NCBI GenBank assembly: GCA_002269645.1
Contig: NIVC01000419.1
Span: forward strand, 248,001 to 312,000
Source of the DNA: Macrostomum lignano
Lineage: Eukaryota
Direction of reading: 5' to 3'
Length of the DNA stretch: 64,000 nucleotides
Notes under the pieces: model-generated
What the model saw: the letters and a program-made list of their open reading frames with translations, nothing else
The model's database searches: none
Told to the model about the DNA's origin: nothing
Position numbers and translations under genes: made by a program
In this document: piece by piece, positions 36,444 to 64,000 of the stretch
Layout of the letters: each line of letters opens with the position of its first letter
Position numbering within the stretch: position 1 is the first letter of the stretch

Positions 36444-38695
36444 ATGCAGCCCATGTCACCGCCAGGCAGTGAAGACCTGCCTATCATTGGCAGTCCTCTG
36501 TCAACGCCGTTGCACGAGCTGCTGCTCCGAGCTCAAGCGGTCCACCGCTCCTTGGTTGGCGTGGCAGCCTCCAGCGAAAGGCGACATCCGCGCGATGACA
36601 GCCTCGCATCCGCCGCCGTCACCAACACCGGTGCCTCGTCGATTGGATCGGCCGTTTGGACAATCGCCGGTCTCATGTCGGCGCAGTTGCGCAAGGACAG
36701 CAGTGGCGGCGGCGGCGGCGGCGGGAGCTGCTGCTGTTGCTGCAGTCCACGAGACGGACTGGGCAAGTTAGCAGCCGCAAGTCCGGACGGATTGCTGGAA
36801 GCGGCTGGCAGCAAGAAGATGGTGGCTTTAACGCTGACGGTACAGTGTGTACTTTTTTCGAGTTGATCAACTCTCATCTTGAATTAACTTACAGATAAGA
36901 GCTGCTGTTCAGGGATTAGCGGAATGGGCGCCCGCGCCTTCCCGCTGTGTCCCCTCCGGGACAGCCCTGCAGCTAAGTCAAGATAAGAGCTGCTTATCAG
37001 CAGGTGTGGCTCCTTATCTTATATGTTATCTAACAGTCAATAGTTGACGATGTCTCGCGGTTGTACATTAGTAGGTATAGCCAATCTTGCTATTGAACTC
37101 ACGATCGCTAAAATCAATTAAAAAAAACCATGGCCTTAAATCCCAGATGGCCGAAGAGCGCCGACTATTTGCCGCTAGCCTAGGCAGTCAATTGGTCACA
37201 TTGGGTATCGGATTTAGCAAAGACCTGCTGCACAACGAATTGAAATGGACCGATGACAAACCCGAGTGCGTGCTGGCTCGATTTGAGCTCAACGTCGAAC
37301 GCCAATTAGTTAACAGCTACCTGACAGCTGGACTAAGAGTTATTTGGACGAAATATGACAGCAAGAATTGTGAGTCAGACCCACTCCATGATCCTTCTCA
37401 TCCTTCTTCCATGATTCTTCTACCCTCTAGAGCCAAAAGAATCCAGTCAAACCCACCACCCATGATCCTTCTACCCTCTAGAGCCAAAAGAATCCAGTCA
37501 AACCCACCACCCAATGATCCTTCTACCCTCTAGAGCCAAAAGAATCCAGTCAAACCCACCACCCAATGATCCTTCTACCCTCTAGAGCCAAAAGAATCCA
37601 GTCAAACCCACCACCCCATGATCCTTCTACCCTCTAGAGCCAAAAGAATCCAGTCAAACCCACCACCCAATGATCCTTCTACCCTCTAGAGCCAAAAGAA
37701 TCCAGTCAAACCCACTACCCCATGATCCTTCTACCCTCTAGAGCCAAAAGAATCCAGTCAAACCCACTACCCCATGATCCTTCTACCTTCTAGAGCCAAA
37801 AGAATCCAGTCAAACCCACCACCCAATGATCCTTCTACCTTCTAGAGCCAAAAGAATCCAGTCAAACCCACCACCCAATGATCCTTCTACCCTCTAGAGC
37901 CAAAAGAATCCAGTCAAACCCACTACCCCATGATCCTTCTACCCTCTAGAGCCAAAAGAATCCAGTCAAACCCACCACCCAATGATCCTTCTACCCTCTA
38001 GAGCCAAAAGAATCCAGTCAAACCCACCACCCAATGATCCTTCTACCCTCTAGAGCCAAAAGAATCCAGTCAAACCCACTACCCCATGATCCTTCTACCC
38101 TCTAGAGCCAAAAGAATCCAGTCAAACCCACTACCCCATGATCCTTCTACCCTCTAGAGCCAAAAGAATCCAGTCAAACCCACTACCCCATGATCCTTCT
38201 ACCCTCTAGAGCCAAAAGAATCCAGTCAAACCCACTACCCCATGATCCTTCTACCCTCTAGAGCCAAAAGAATCCAGTCAAACCCACTACCCCATGATCC
38301 TTCTACCCTCTAGAGCCAAAAGAATCCAGTCAAACCCACCACCCCATGATCCTTCTACCCTCTAGAGCCAAAAGAATCCAGTCAAACCCACCACCCCTTT
38401 CTACCATCCAGAGTCAAATCCAGTCAAATCAAAACAAAAATCACACTGAACCAATTTTATTTTCACAGGTACGCTTCTCTTTACATTGGATCAACGCAGC
38501 CAGGGCTCAAATGACCAGCAAAACGATGAGCTCAACAAAGCAGTAGACTATCTAATTAAAGTCGCGCGCAAAGGCTACTTTTGGATCGAGTATCCGGAAA
38601 GTAATTTGAATTTCTGTCCTCCACAAGAGGCGGCAATTTGGACATCAAAGAGGATGGCTGTTGAAGCGGAATTCTCTTCGGATGACACAGCTTAG
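36444..38695 (+). CDS. Unrecognised 3-exon protein (~280 aa) with Gly7-Ser-Cys5 low-complexity segment
   Basis: Exons 36444(or upstream)-36839, 37147-37369 and 38469-38695 join in frame with phases 0 and 1 at canonical GT/AG sites; no family recognised. Confidence 0.65.
37411..38400. repeat. 52-bp minisatellite, ~19 copies, intron 2 of the unknown gene
   Basis: Unit ATGATCCTTCTACCCTCTAGAGCCAAAAGAATCCAGTCAAACCCACCACCCA. Confidence 0.95.
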
Positions 38696-39850
38696 AGTCA
38701 ATACACTGAATAAGATTAATGCTTGTAGTGTGTTTACGACGTATATTAGAATAAGATTTCGGAGAATATCTAGCATGCCTCATGTTGAAGACACAAAATC
38801 CTAAGAAATTATCCAAAATAACTTTCAAACTAATAGTTCCACAATCTGACGTATATACCAACTTGAAACTTAAAGGATGAGAAACCCAAATTAAGTCGAG
38901 TTAAAGTCTTGCAGCCTTGCCAAGCCTTTAAATTTCATCAGCATGTCGACCGCTGATCGATCGATGTGTCTGCATCAGCTCTGACTTTCACCCAGGCGGA
39001 GCTCCTGGACCTTCAACAGGTGACATCTTATAGATAGATAGTGGTTCTACTGTCAATTACCCACTGTCATTGACATAATGTTCGGTCAGATAGAAACCAA
39101 TAAATAGATTTGAAAATTCGGCTTTTAAACATTTAAATTGTTCTTGACGATCTGATTAAACATTACCAATGCATCCTTTTCTGTTCCTATAAATAATATT
39201 ATTTGGCAGAGTGCAAACAAAAAAATTATCAATCACCAATCATACAAAAAGAACTTAATACATCATATATATAACTACAGAGAGTTGATATAATATTGGT
39301 TCAAGAAATCGACAATCTGAGAAAGCAAGTGTGAACAATATACTGAGATAAGTTATTAAGAAGGTTAATGCTTAGAACATGCTTTAGAGAGGTAAAATGA
39401 AAAGACACCCTACAAAGCTGGATAATTAATTCTATTAAACTGTATTATTGGTTTTCTCTCGCCAATGTCTCACCTAATTCCTATTCAGTAGATTTAGAAG
39501 TTTTGCTATACTATTTTGCAAGGCAAAAAAAACATTTTTTAAATTGAGATTATATACTACTAAACAGAAAAGTAGTGTAGTTGATCGCATTTTAGCAACA
39601 GTTGCAGAACAATGTTACTGGCATTCAATACATGAGTATCATTAGAATCACAGAGAACTATGCAAATAATGTGCATGCATATTGTGTTGATTTTAATTAC
39701 TACTCTACACATCCAACACCGATTAATAAATAATAAAATATAAATCCATAACGATAACTAGGGAATGTTGATACCAGCATTTGTTCAATTCAATTCTGTC
39801 TAAACGATAATTACACATGTAATTAATGATAATTAGTAGTTAATAATAAT

Positions 39851-55311
<15,461 letters not shown>

Positions 55312-55394
55312 CTGGGGGTGGTGGAGTTAGACATTTCGCATAAATGCGCTCGTAAATGTTACCACTTAAACAAATGGATGATTTTGACAACAAA

Positions 55395-55860
55395 TGACTC
55401 ATTCTGACTGCAGATGACTCACTCTGACTGGAAATGACTCATTCTAACTGAAAATGACTCACTCTGACTGCAGATGACTCACTCTGACTGGAAATGACTC
55501 ATTCTAACTGAAAATGACTCACTCTGACTGCAGATGACTCATTCTAAGTGAAAATGACTCATTCTGACAGGAAATGACTCATTCTAACTGGAAATTACCC
55601 ATTGTAACCAGAAATTACTGATTCTGACTGCAGATGACTCACTCTGACTGGAAATGACTCATTCTAACTGAAAATGACTCATTCTGACAGGAAATGACTC
55701 ATTCTAACTGGAAATTACCCATTGTAACCAGAAATTACTGATTCTGACTGCAAGATGACTGATTCTGACTGCAAGATGACTCATTCTGACTGCAAGATGA
55801 CTCATTCTGACTGCAAGATGACTCATTCTGACTGCAAGATGACTCATTCTGACTGGCTGA
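55395..55860. repeat. 20/21-bp minisatellite (ATGACTCATTCTGACTG core)
   Basis: Direct tandem units. Confidence 0.9.
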
Positions 55861-57819
55861 ATTCTGACGGGAAACGATTGATTCTCATTTCTAATACGAA
55901 ACTGATTCCGCGAATTCAACAGTGAATTTGCTCAGAAAAAATATCATGCAGTTTTGTAGTGTGCTTTAAATAGATTTTTTGTCTGTTTTGTTACGCACTG
56001 GAGGACAGAGTCTATTCATGCATATTCTATGTGATAGTGACAGTAGAAAAAAAATTCAATTCGCCCGTTCACGAAGCGTGCATTCGGTTGCTTTGTTTCA
56101 AAAGCAACTTCGGAATTTCAAAGAGGAGCTAACAATTTGGATTGCAACAGAGAAACATAACGAGTAAAACAATAGCTAAGGTTAGTACGCTCGTAAATTT
56201 TGTTTCTCTAATTGTATTTTTGCAAAATTATTTTTTGCATATATTTGAATTATTAACTGTTTGTTTTAATTCGATTTTAAAGCCCGATGGCGTTAAGTCT
56301 AATTTTCTATTACTACTCTGATGTATGTATGCCAATTTATTTATGAAATTAGAATGAGATTTATTGTAGGGGGTGGTATTATAAAAGTCAGTCTGCGATT
56401 TTGGATCTACTGATTTCTCAAACTTTCACTGTGCATACATTAAAGACAGCGCATCTATTTTTTTGTGAAAATCGTTCAAAATTATATTGTTCTGACGCAA
56501 GGCGAGTGTAGTTTTAATTTTAATTAATATTCAGACTTCCGGCTCGTCCCAAAACTAAACTGAAGGCCATTAGCCCTGTGAACATGTATGGCGGCGTTCA
56601 GAACAGTTCAATCGTTCTCTAAAAATAATGCCTTCAAAGAGAATGTGTTCCGGACTCTGCTAAACCAACGCACATCCGATCCAATCAAGCCTAAAATCTC
56701 TCAAAGAAGAAGAAAACATTTTCTGCCTAATTTGCTTTTTTAAATCGCTTTTAAGCAGGCTAAAAAAGCTAAATAAAAATTAGAAGGGATTTGACAAGAA
56801 AATTAAAAGCGGAAATTAAAGTTACACAGAATAATTTCCAATTAAGTCTTAATTTTTCCTGAGGCTTAATACAATGCATAAATCTGAATAATTTGACTGC
56901 CACAAATTGACTGCTAAACCGAAATCATTTCGTCTGCAAGCGCGACAAGAATTTCTGTTTGGTTTTTTTCTGTTCTGCCTTCGACTAAATCATTTCACAA
57001 CCAGCGCGCCAATACCGTACACAGACACGCACTCATACAGAAGCTCACACAGGGTGTACATCGGGCCTCTGACTTTCTAATCGGTCAGGCATGTACACCT
57101 CTCTGTGCCTTGGGGGCTGGCCCTCATGGTGACAACTCCCTGGGCCGCGAACTGCTCCGGTCCTCTATTGCTGGATTCTATTACTGCATAGTCCAGCTAA
57201 AGAAAGCCAGTATTGAGGGAGAAAACTTTTTATAAAAAGTCAACTGAGGCCAAAGAGAGCAGGGAAAGCGGAATTCCACATAACGGCAGCCATACTCTCC
57301 TTTGAGCTCTTCACATGGGGGATTTAGAGAGAAGCGACTAACAGCGAGCTGACATTTTTCCAATTTCCAGCATGCCCCGCCTGACGGATGAACCAACGAC
57401 GAGTGGGCGGGGAAATTAAAGAGAAAAAAAACTGCCTCCTAGAGATGAAAAGCTGCTCGACATTTTGTGGCCGTGAGAACCTGAATCAGAGAGCGCCGCC
57501 AATCCTGGCTGGGGGGGGGACCCTGATAATCCTGTCTACTCTCCCAGCCTGAACATCTCTCGGGACTTCCTTCTCGCTAAAATGAAATTGCATGGACAAG
57601 AAGCTTTATTTGAAAGCAAATTTTCGGGTTAATCAGTAAGCACTGACTGAGGCCGAAGAGTGAAACGAATGAAACGATTTTAGCAGGTAAATTTTTTTTT
57701 CAGAAGACGATTAAACTTATGGATTAACTTCTAGTGTTGGTCATTCTTTGAATTTGTCATAAACAATATATTGAAAAGCGTTATCATAATTTTAACTATT
57801 AGGAATTTTGAAGATATTA

Positions 57820-60800
57820 CAAACACAGCTAGAGATTACAACCACAGCTAGAGATTACAAACACAGCTAGAGATTACAACTACAGCTAGAGATTACAACT
57901 ACAGCTAGAGATTACAACCGCAGCTAGAGATTACAAACACAGCTAGAGATTACAACCGCAGCTAGAGATTACAAACACAGCTAGAGATTACAACTACAGC
58001 TAGAGATTACAACTACAGCTAGAGATTACAACCGCAGCTAGAGATTACAAACACAGCTAGAGATTACAACTACAGCTAGAGATTACAACTACAGCTAGAG
58101 ATTACAAACACAGCTAGAGATTACAACTACAGCTAGAGATTACAACTACAGCTAGAGATTACAACCGCAGCTAGAGATTACAAACACAGCTAGAGATTAC
58201 AACCGCAGCTAGAGATTACAACTACAGCTAGAGATTACAACTACAGCTAGAGATTACAAACACAGCTAGAGATAACAACCACAGCTAGAGATTACAACCA
58301 CAGCTAGAGATTAGAATCATAGCTAGGGATTACAATCATAGCTAGGGATTACAATCATAGCTAGGGATTACAATCATAGCTAGAGATTACAACTACAGCT
58401 AGAGATTACAAACACAGCTAGAGATAACAACCACAGCTAGAGAATACAACCACAGCTAGAGATTACAATCATAGCTAGGGATTACAATCATAGCTAGGTA
58501 TTACAATCATAGTTAGGGATTACAATACAACCACAGCAAGAGATTACAATCCCATCTAGAGATTACAAGCATAGCTAGGGATTACAATATAACCACAGTA
58601 CAATCACAGCTAGAGATTACAATCATAGCAAGAGATTAATTACACTCACAGCTAGAGATTACAATACAACCGCAGCTAGAGATTACAACCACAGCTAGAG
58701 ATTACAAGCATAGCTAGAGATTACAATCATAGCAAGAGATTAATTACACTCACAGCTAGAGATTACAATACAACCACAGCTAGAGATTACAAACACAGCT
58801 AGAGATTACAAACACAGCTAGAGATTACAATTATAGCTAGGGATTACAATCACATCTAGGGATTACAATCATAGTTAGGGATTACAATACAACCACAGCA
58901 AGAGATTACAATCCCATCTAGAGATTACAAGCATAGCTAGGGATTACAATATAACCACAGTACAACCACGGCTAGAGATTACAAACACAGCTAGAGATTA
59001 CAATCACAGCTAGAGGTGACAATCACAGCTAGAGATTACAATCACAGCTAGAGGTGACAATCACAGCTAGAGGTGACAATCACAGCTAGAGGTGACAATC
59101 ACAGCTAGAGATTACAAACACAGCTAGAGGTGACAATTACAGCTAGAGGTGACAATCACAGCTAGAGATTACAATCACAGCTAGAGGTGACAATCAAAGC
59201 TAGAGGTGACAATCACAGCTAGAGGTGACAATCACAGCTAGAGGTGACAATCACAGCTAGAGATTACAAACACAGCTAGAGGTGACAATCACAGCTAGAG
59301 ATTACAAACACAGCTAGAGGTGACAATCACAGCTAGAGGTGACAATCACAGCTAGAGGTGACAATCAAAGCTAGAGATTACAATCACAGCTAGAGGTGAC
59401 AATCACAGCTAGAGGTGACAATCACAGCTAGAGATTACAATCACAGCTAGAGGTGACAATCACAGCTAGAGATTACAAACACAGCTAGAGGTGACAATCA
59501 CAGCTAGAGGTGACAATCACAGCTAGAGGTGACAATCACAGCTAGAGATTACAAACACAGCTAGAGGTGACAATCACAGCTAGAGGTGACAATCACAGCT
59601 AGAGGTGACAATCACAGCTAGAGATTACAAACACAGCTAGAGGTGACAATTACAGCTAGAGGTGACAATCACAGCTAGAGGTGACAATCACAGCTAGAGA
59701 TTACAAACACAGCTAGAGGTGACAATCACAGCTAGAGATTACAAACACAGCTAGAGGTGACAATCACAGCTAGAGGTGACAATCACAGCTAGAGGTGACA
59801 ATCAAAGCTAGAGATTACAATCACAGCTAGAGGTGACAATCAAAGCTAGAGGTGACAATCACAGCTAGAGATTACAATCACAGCTAGAGGTGACAATCAC
59901 AGCTAGAGATTACAAACACAGCTAGAGGTGACAATCACAGCTAGAGGTGACAATCACAGCTAGAGGTGACAATCACAGCTAGAGATTACAAACACAGCTA
60001 GAGGTGACAATCACAGCTAGAGGTGACAATCACAGCTAGAGGTGACAATCACAGCTAGAGATTACAAACACAGCTAGAGATTACAACTACAGCTAGAGAT
60101 TACAAACACAGCTAGAGATAACAACCACAGCTAGAGATTACAATCACAGCTAGAGGTGACAATCACAGCTAGAGATTACAATCACAGCTAGAGGTGACAA
60201 TCACAGCTAGAGGTGACAATCACAGCTAGAGGTGACAATCACAGCTAGAGATTACAAACACAGCTAGAGGTGACAATTACAGCTAGAGGTGACAATCACA
60301 GCTAGAGGTGACAATCACAGCTAGAGATTACAAACACAGCTAGAGGTGACAATCACAGCTAGAGGTGACAATCACAGCTAGAGGTGACAATCACAGCTAG
60401 AGATTACAAACACAGCTAGAGGTGACAATCACAGCTAGAGATTACAAACACAGCTAGAGGTGACAATCACAGCTAGAGGTGACAATCACAGCTAGAGGTG
60501 ACAATCAAAGCTAGAGATTACAATCACAGCTAGAGGTGACAATCACAGCTAGAGGTGACAATCACAGCTAGAGATTACAATCACAGCTAGAGGTGACAAT
60601 CACAGCTAGAGATTACAAACACAGCTAGAGGTGACAATCACAGCTAGAGGTGACAATCACAGCTAGAGGTGACAATCACAGCTAGAGATTACAAACACAG
60701 CTAGAGGTGACAATCACAGCTAGAGGTGACAATCACAGCTAGAGGTGACAATCACAGCTAGAGGTGACAATCATAGCTAGAGGTGACAATCATAGCTAGA

Positions 60801-60895
60801 GGTGACAATCAAAGCTAGAGATTACAATCACAGCTAGAGGTGACAATCAAAGCTAGAGATTACAATCACAGCTAGAGGTGACAATCACAGCTAGA
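57820..60895. repeat. 19-bp satellite, ~160 copies
   Basis: Units ACACAGCTAGAGATTACAA and TCACAGCTAGAGGTGACAA. Confidence 0.96.
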
Positions 60896-62591
60896 CATTA
60901 AAGTACAGTCGAAGTAGTATCTATCTAGTGCAAAGACAGATGGAGATACTAAAAGAATGCGCACTACATCTAGTTTGACATTTTTAAACAATGTCCACCA
61001 GCAAGGACAAGACCATTCCGATATTTTGCTGCCTTTTTCAAGAACTGCCCTGGTTCCACTGCAAAGAAGATACAAAATGGTAAGGCACAAGTACAAATAG
61101 CTTTAGCGTCATAAGTCAGCACAAACTGCATTCAGATGAAAGCAGTTTTTTCCTGCAACAGCTTGGCATTCCAGTATTTTTACAAGCTGAACAGTTATTC
61201 GTTGACTGTAAAACCAGTCTAGTTGTTGCGAAAGCAACACAGTTAATTCAATGCGTTGCTAACCATGTTGAAAAAAATATTCCTTTATATTCAACCGGAT
61301 GACACTTTACGAGTAGTTGTTGTGATGATCTAATGTATTGGCCCGGAACTGTACTTTAGCCGCCCCCAATGATGCTTTATCCTCCCCCGCGCTGATTGGC
61401 TGCTCGCTTGTCGCCAGCCATCCTAGTTTTCTACCCCCCCCCCACTGTGTCCAGCTCGGCCGCAGCCAATCATCTCTCTCCCTCAGCCCCATCCCACCGT
61501 TTCTCTTACCCTGCAGCTTACGCCCCACCTCACTTTTGCGTGCAGCTTTCCCACCGCCCGTTGCCCCTGCCCTCCAAGCCAAATATCTAAGGGATTTGCA
61601 CTTGTGAGACCGTTTAGAGCGACAAAATGCCAGCAACCGCAAATTGTGACTAGTGACCCTGCTTCTGTTCCTTCGGGTTCAGTTTAGACCATTGTCACCA
61701 GGGCCTGCTCGTTAGTGCGACAGTGAGTTTGGCAAGCAGTGGGACTTGAAGTGCTGAGTCTCGAGTCTCAGTGCTCGCATAGAGCGTTGGGATATAGCCA
61801 ACTTAAGACACCGTCTTAAGACACGTGTCTGCTTTTGTTCAGATGGCTTGCAAATAAATATTTAATAATTTGTTAACAAATAAAAATCAGTTTCTTAGAG
61901 CTCACAACAAACAGGAAAATGGCATCTTGCCAAGTACTAAACGCTCTCCTAAAGATAAAACGAAGCGAAAATGGGAATGAGAAAAGAAAAAGGGCTAAAG
62001 AAAGCCGGCAGAGAATTCATACATACGTGATGCAAAAGTTCTAGCAATTAATATATGGCTTCTGTTCAAGTGTCAGGCCGACCTAGGGCGCTAACCCCAC
62101 CTGGCTATGTACAACGAGCTAAACGAGTGCAGAAACACGCACATAGATGAAAGGCAAAAAGGGAAGAGCAGTAAGAATGAGAGCAAGAAACTGCAAGATA
62201 CAAAGCAAGACTTCAGCCATCCAGGTTGACTAGTACTAGTCAGCCAAAGAGATTTGCGTGGTGAAACAACCAGAAGCGGCACCGAAAGCCTCTCTCCATA
62301 TTATTTTTTTCCTTGTCGTTCAGAGAGTCCTCGCCGCGCGTGACACACTGGCACAGCCAGCCAATCAGAGACGAGCTGTGGACGCCCCACCGAGAACCAA
62401 TTAGGCAGCCGGATGAAAGCATATATTTCACTTCTACACTTCTCCTCAGAGGAATGCTATCAGCATATATGAGAGCATCAACTCACGACGACAAAACTCG
62501 AATTTCCTTCACACAGAAACAGAAAAGCCGAGTAAACAGGCAGAGCCGCCTAAGAAAAAGAGAACATTGCCTGCTACAAATAAACTTGGCC

Positions 62592-63299
62592 ATGTCGCAA
62601 CCGGAGACGGACAATGGCAGCTGGGTGCCGACAAGCAACTGCAGCAGATACAACTTCAGTTTGATTTACTATCTAGACCAGAGGCTCAGCGGCAGAGTGC
62701 ACGGCTATTTAAGCAGCAGCATCTGCATTGTTGGCATCATGCTAAACATCATTATGTGCGTCGTACTGACTCGAAAGACGATGCGAAATCCGTTCAACGT
62801 CATTCTAACTGGGATTAGCGTTTGCGACACTATCAAGATGACAACTTACGCTTATTACGCTATCTACATGTACATAATTAGCGAACCAATACCAGACGCT
62901 ATACACTCCAAATTGGCCATGCTACTAATTCTTGCGCACAATGTTATTACTATCATCGGTCACGTGATTGCAACGCTGTTCACGGTGGCTCTGGCTTTCT
63001 TTCGATTTATAGCAGTGTACTTTCCAACCGAAGGACCGACTTGGTGCAGCATGAAGAGGACAAAGTACTGCCTAATTGGCATAGTGGTTGTGTCTGTGCT
63101 GGCTACACTGCCTAACTCGATGAGCTTCAAGTTGAAGCAGAGCAAAAACACCGATAGCTGGTGGTTCGATGTCTACGATTGGGTTAAACGGTTGAAGATC
63201 GAGAAGCTCAACATGTACATCTATGGCATATTTGTCAAGATGTTTAGCTCCCTGTTAATCTGCATCTTCAGTGGAATGCTATTGTACGCGCTCAGACAG
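62592..63299 (+). CDS. Class A GPCR of the myosuppressin/DmsR/sex-peptide-receptor-like group, first coding exon (TM1-TM5)
   Basis: ATG at 62592; HGYLS..ICIVG..N..VVLTRKTMRNPFNVILTGI..D, TVALAFFRFIAVYFP, IYGIFVK..LLYALRQ, then donor CAG|GTTAGT at 63299/63300. TM6-7 lie beyond the window. Confidence 0.85.
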
Positions 63300-63435
63300 G
63301 TTAGTAGTGCAATATTGATTGATATTTGATACAATTAGCAACTGCACTACCATGAGCATTCTGATTGCATCCGTCAAATAGCTCGTACTTTAGGCTGTAA
63401 TTCATGCATGGACTTACAATCTATACTCAGTAGGT

Positions 63436-63744
63436 GAGGCGTGAGCACCTCAAGGGCCAGATATAGAACCTAGAGCATGACTGCAGCCAGATAAGAGGAG
63501 AAATGAGATGGAATAGAGAAGAGAGAAAGAAAATAAGAGAAAGCGAGAGGCGATGGAATAAAGGAAAAAGAGAGATGAGAGGAGACTTGAAATAGGAGAC
63601 GACAAAGATAGGAGAAAGGAGAGGAGAGAGGGAGAGAGAGAGGGAGAGGAGATGAGAGAGAAGAGCACTGAGAAGAGACAAACCCTGAATAGAGAGGCTT
63701 CGGAGGCTGCATGTGGCCCACAGGCCGGGGTTTGCCGACCCCTG
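63436..63744. mobile_element. Possible degraded hAT/Charlie-like MITE
   Basis: Right end GCATGTGGCCC..GGCCG..GTTTGCCGACCCCTG (63730-63744) resembles hAT termini; left end is only a degenerate match and no clean 8-bp TSD is seen. Confidence 0.4.
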
Positions 63745-64000
63745 TACTAAATAGACCGCGACAATCATCAGATAAAGTACAGGTCTTGGTAAGTTTTCCA
63801 CAATAATAAATCATATAGAAAAAGAAAAGAAAAACAACTACGACAGTTGTTGACAAGCAGGCTGACATATGTGAGAAAACTATTACGAGCTCGTAAAATG
63901 TCGTTAGTTTTGGCTAATCCCGTCTTCGATAAAGACATCGCCTGCAGTTTAGAATAAAACAGGCGTGCTACACCACTGTCAATTACAAACAACCAGCTAT

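Noticed and set aside
61800-62235. Small hairpin TTAAGAC-ACC-GTCTTAA and two short Lys/Glu-rich plus-strand reading frames
   Set aside because: No recognisable domain, partner TIR or TSD; insufficient support for a gene or transposon call.

Overview
Eukaryotic (metazoan) genomic DNA with GC-rich exons and AT-rich introns packed with minisatellites. The style suggests a free-living flatworm such as Macrostomum; this is inference, not a database match. Seven intron-containing genes can be reconstructed from GT-AG junctions: AK9 (minus, 3' end off-window, many frameshifts); a 4-exon DEG/ENaC channel (plus) whose last exon is tandemly duplicated; a class A peptide-type GPCR (plus); an unrecognised type I membrane protein (minus); an unrecognised 3-exon gene (plus); the 3' half of MON2 (minus); and the first coding exon of a myosuppressin/DmsR-like GPCR (plus), probably nested in a MON2 intron. 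A young full-length Ty3/Gypsy (Mag-like) LTR retrotransposon sits in ENaC intron 2, with a 5-bp TSD, a tRNA-Ser PBS and a PPT. Each of its LTRs carries three perfect heat-shock elements just upstream of a TATA-like box, which is the most striking observation. Relics of a second Gypsy integrase, a non-LTR element and a hAT-like end are also present. About 20 private tandem arrays fill the introns, and several are built from splice-site-like units, including one that repeats the real MON2 5' splice donor about 40 times. Exon coordinates were derived by hand and no searches were run.
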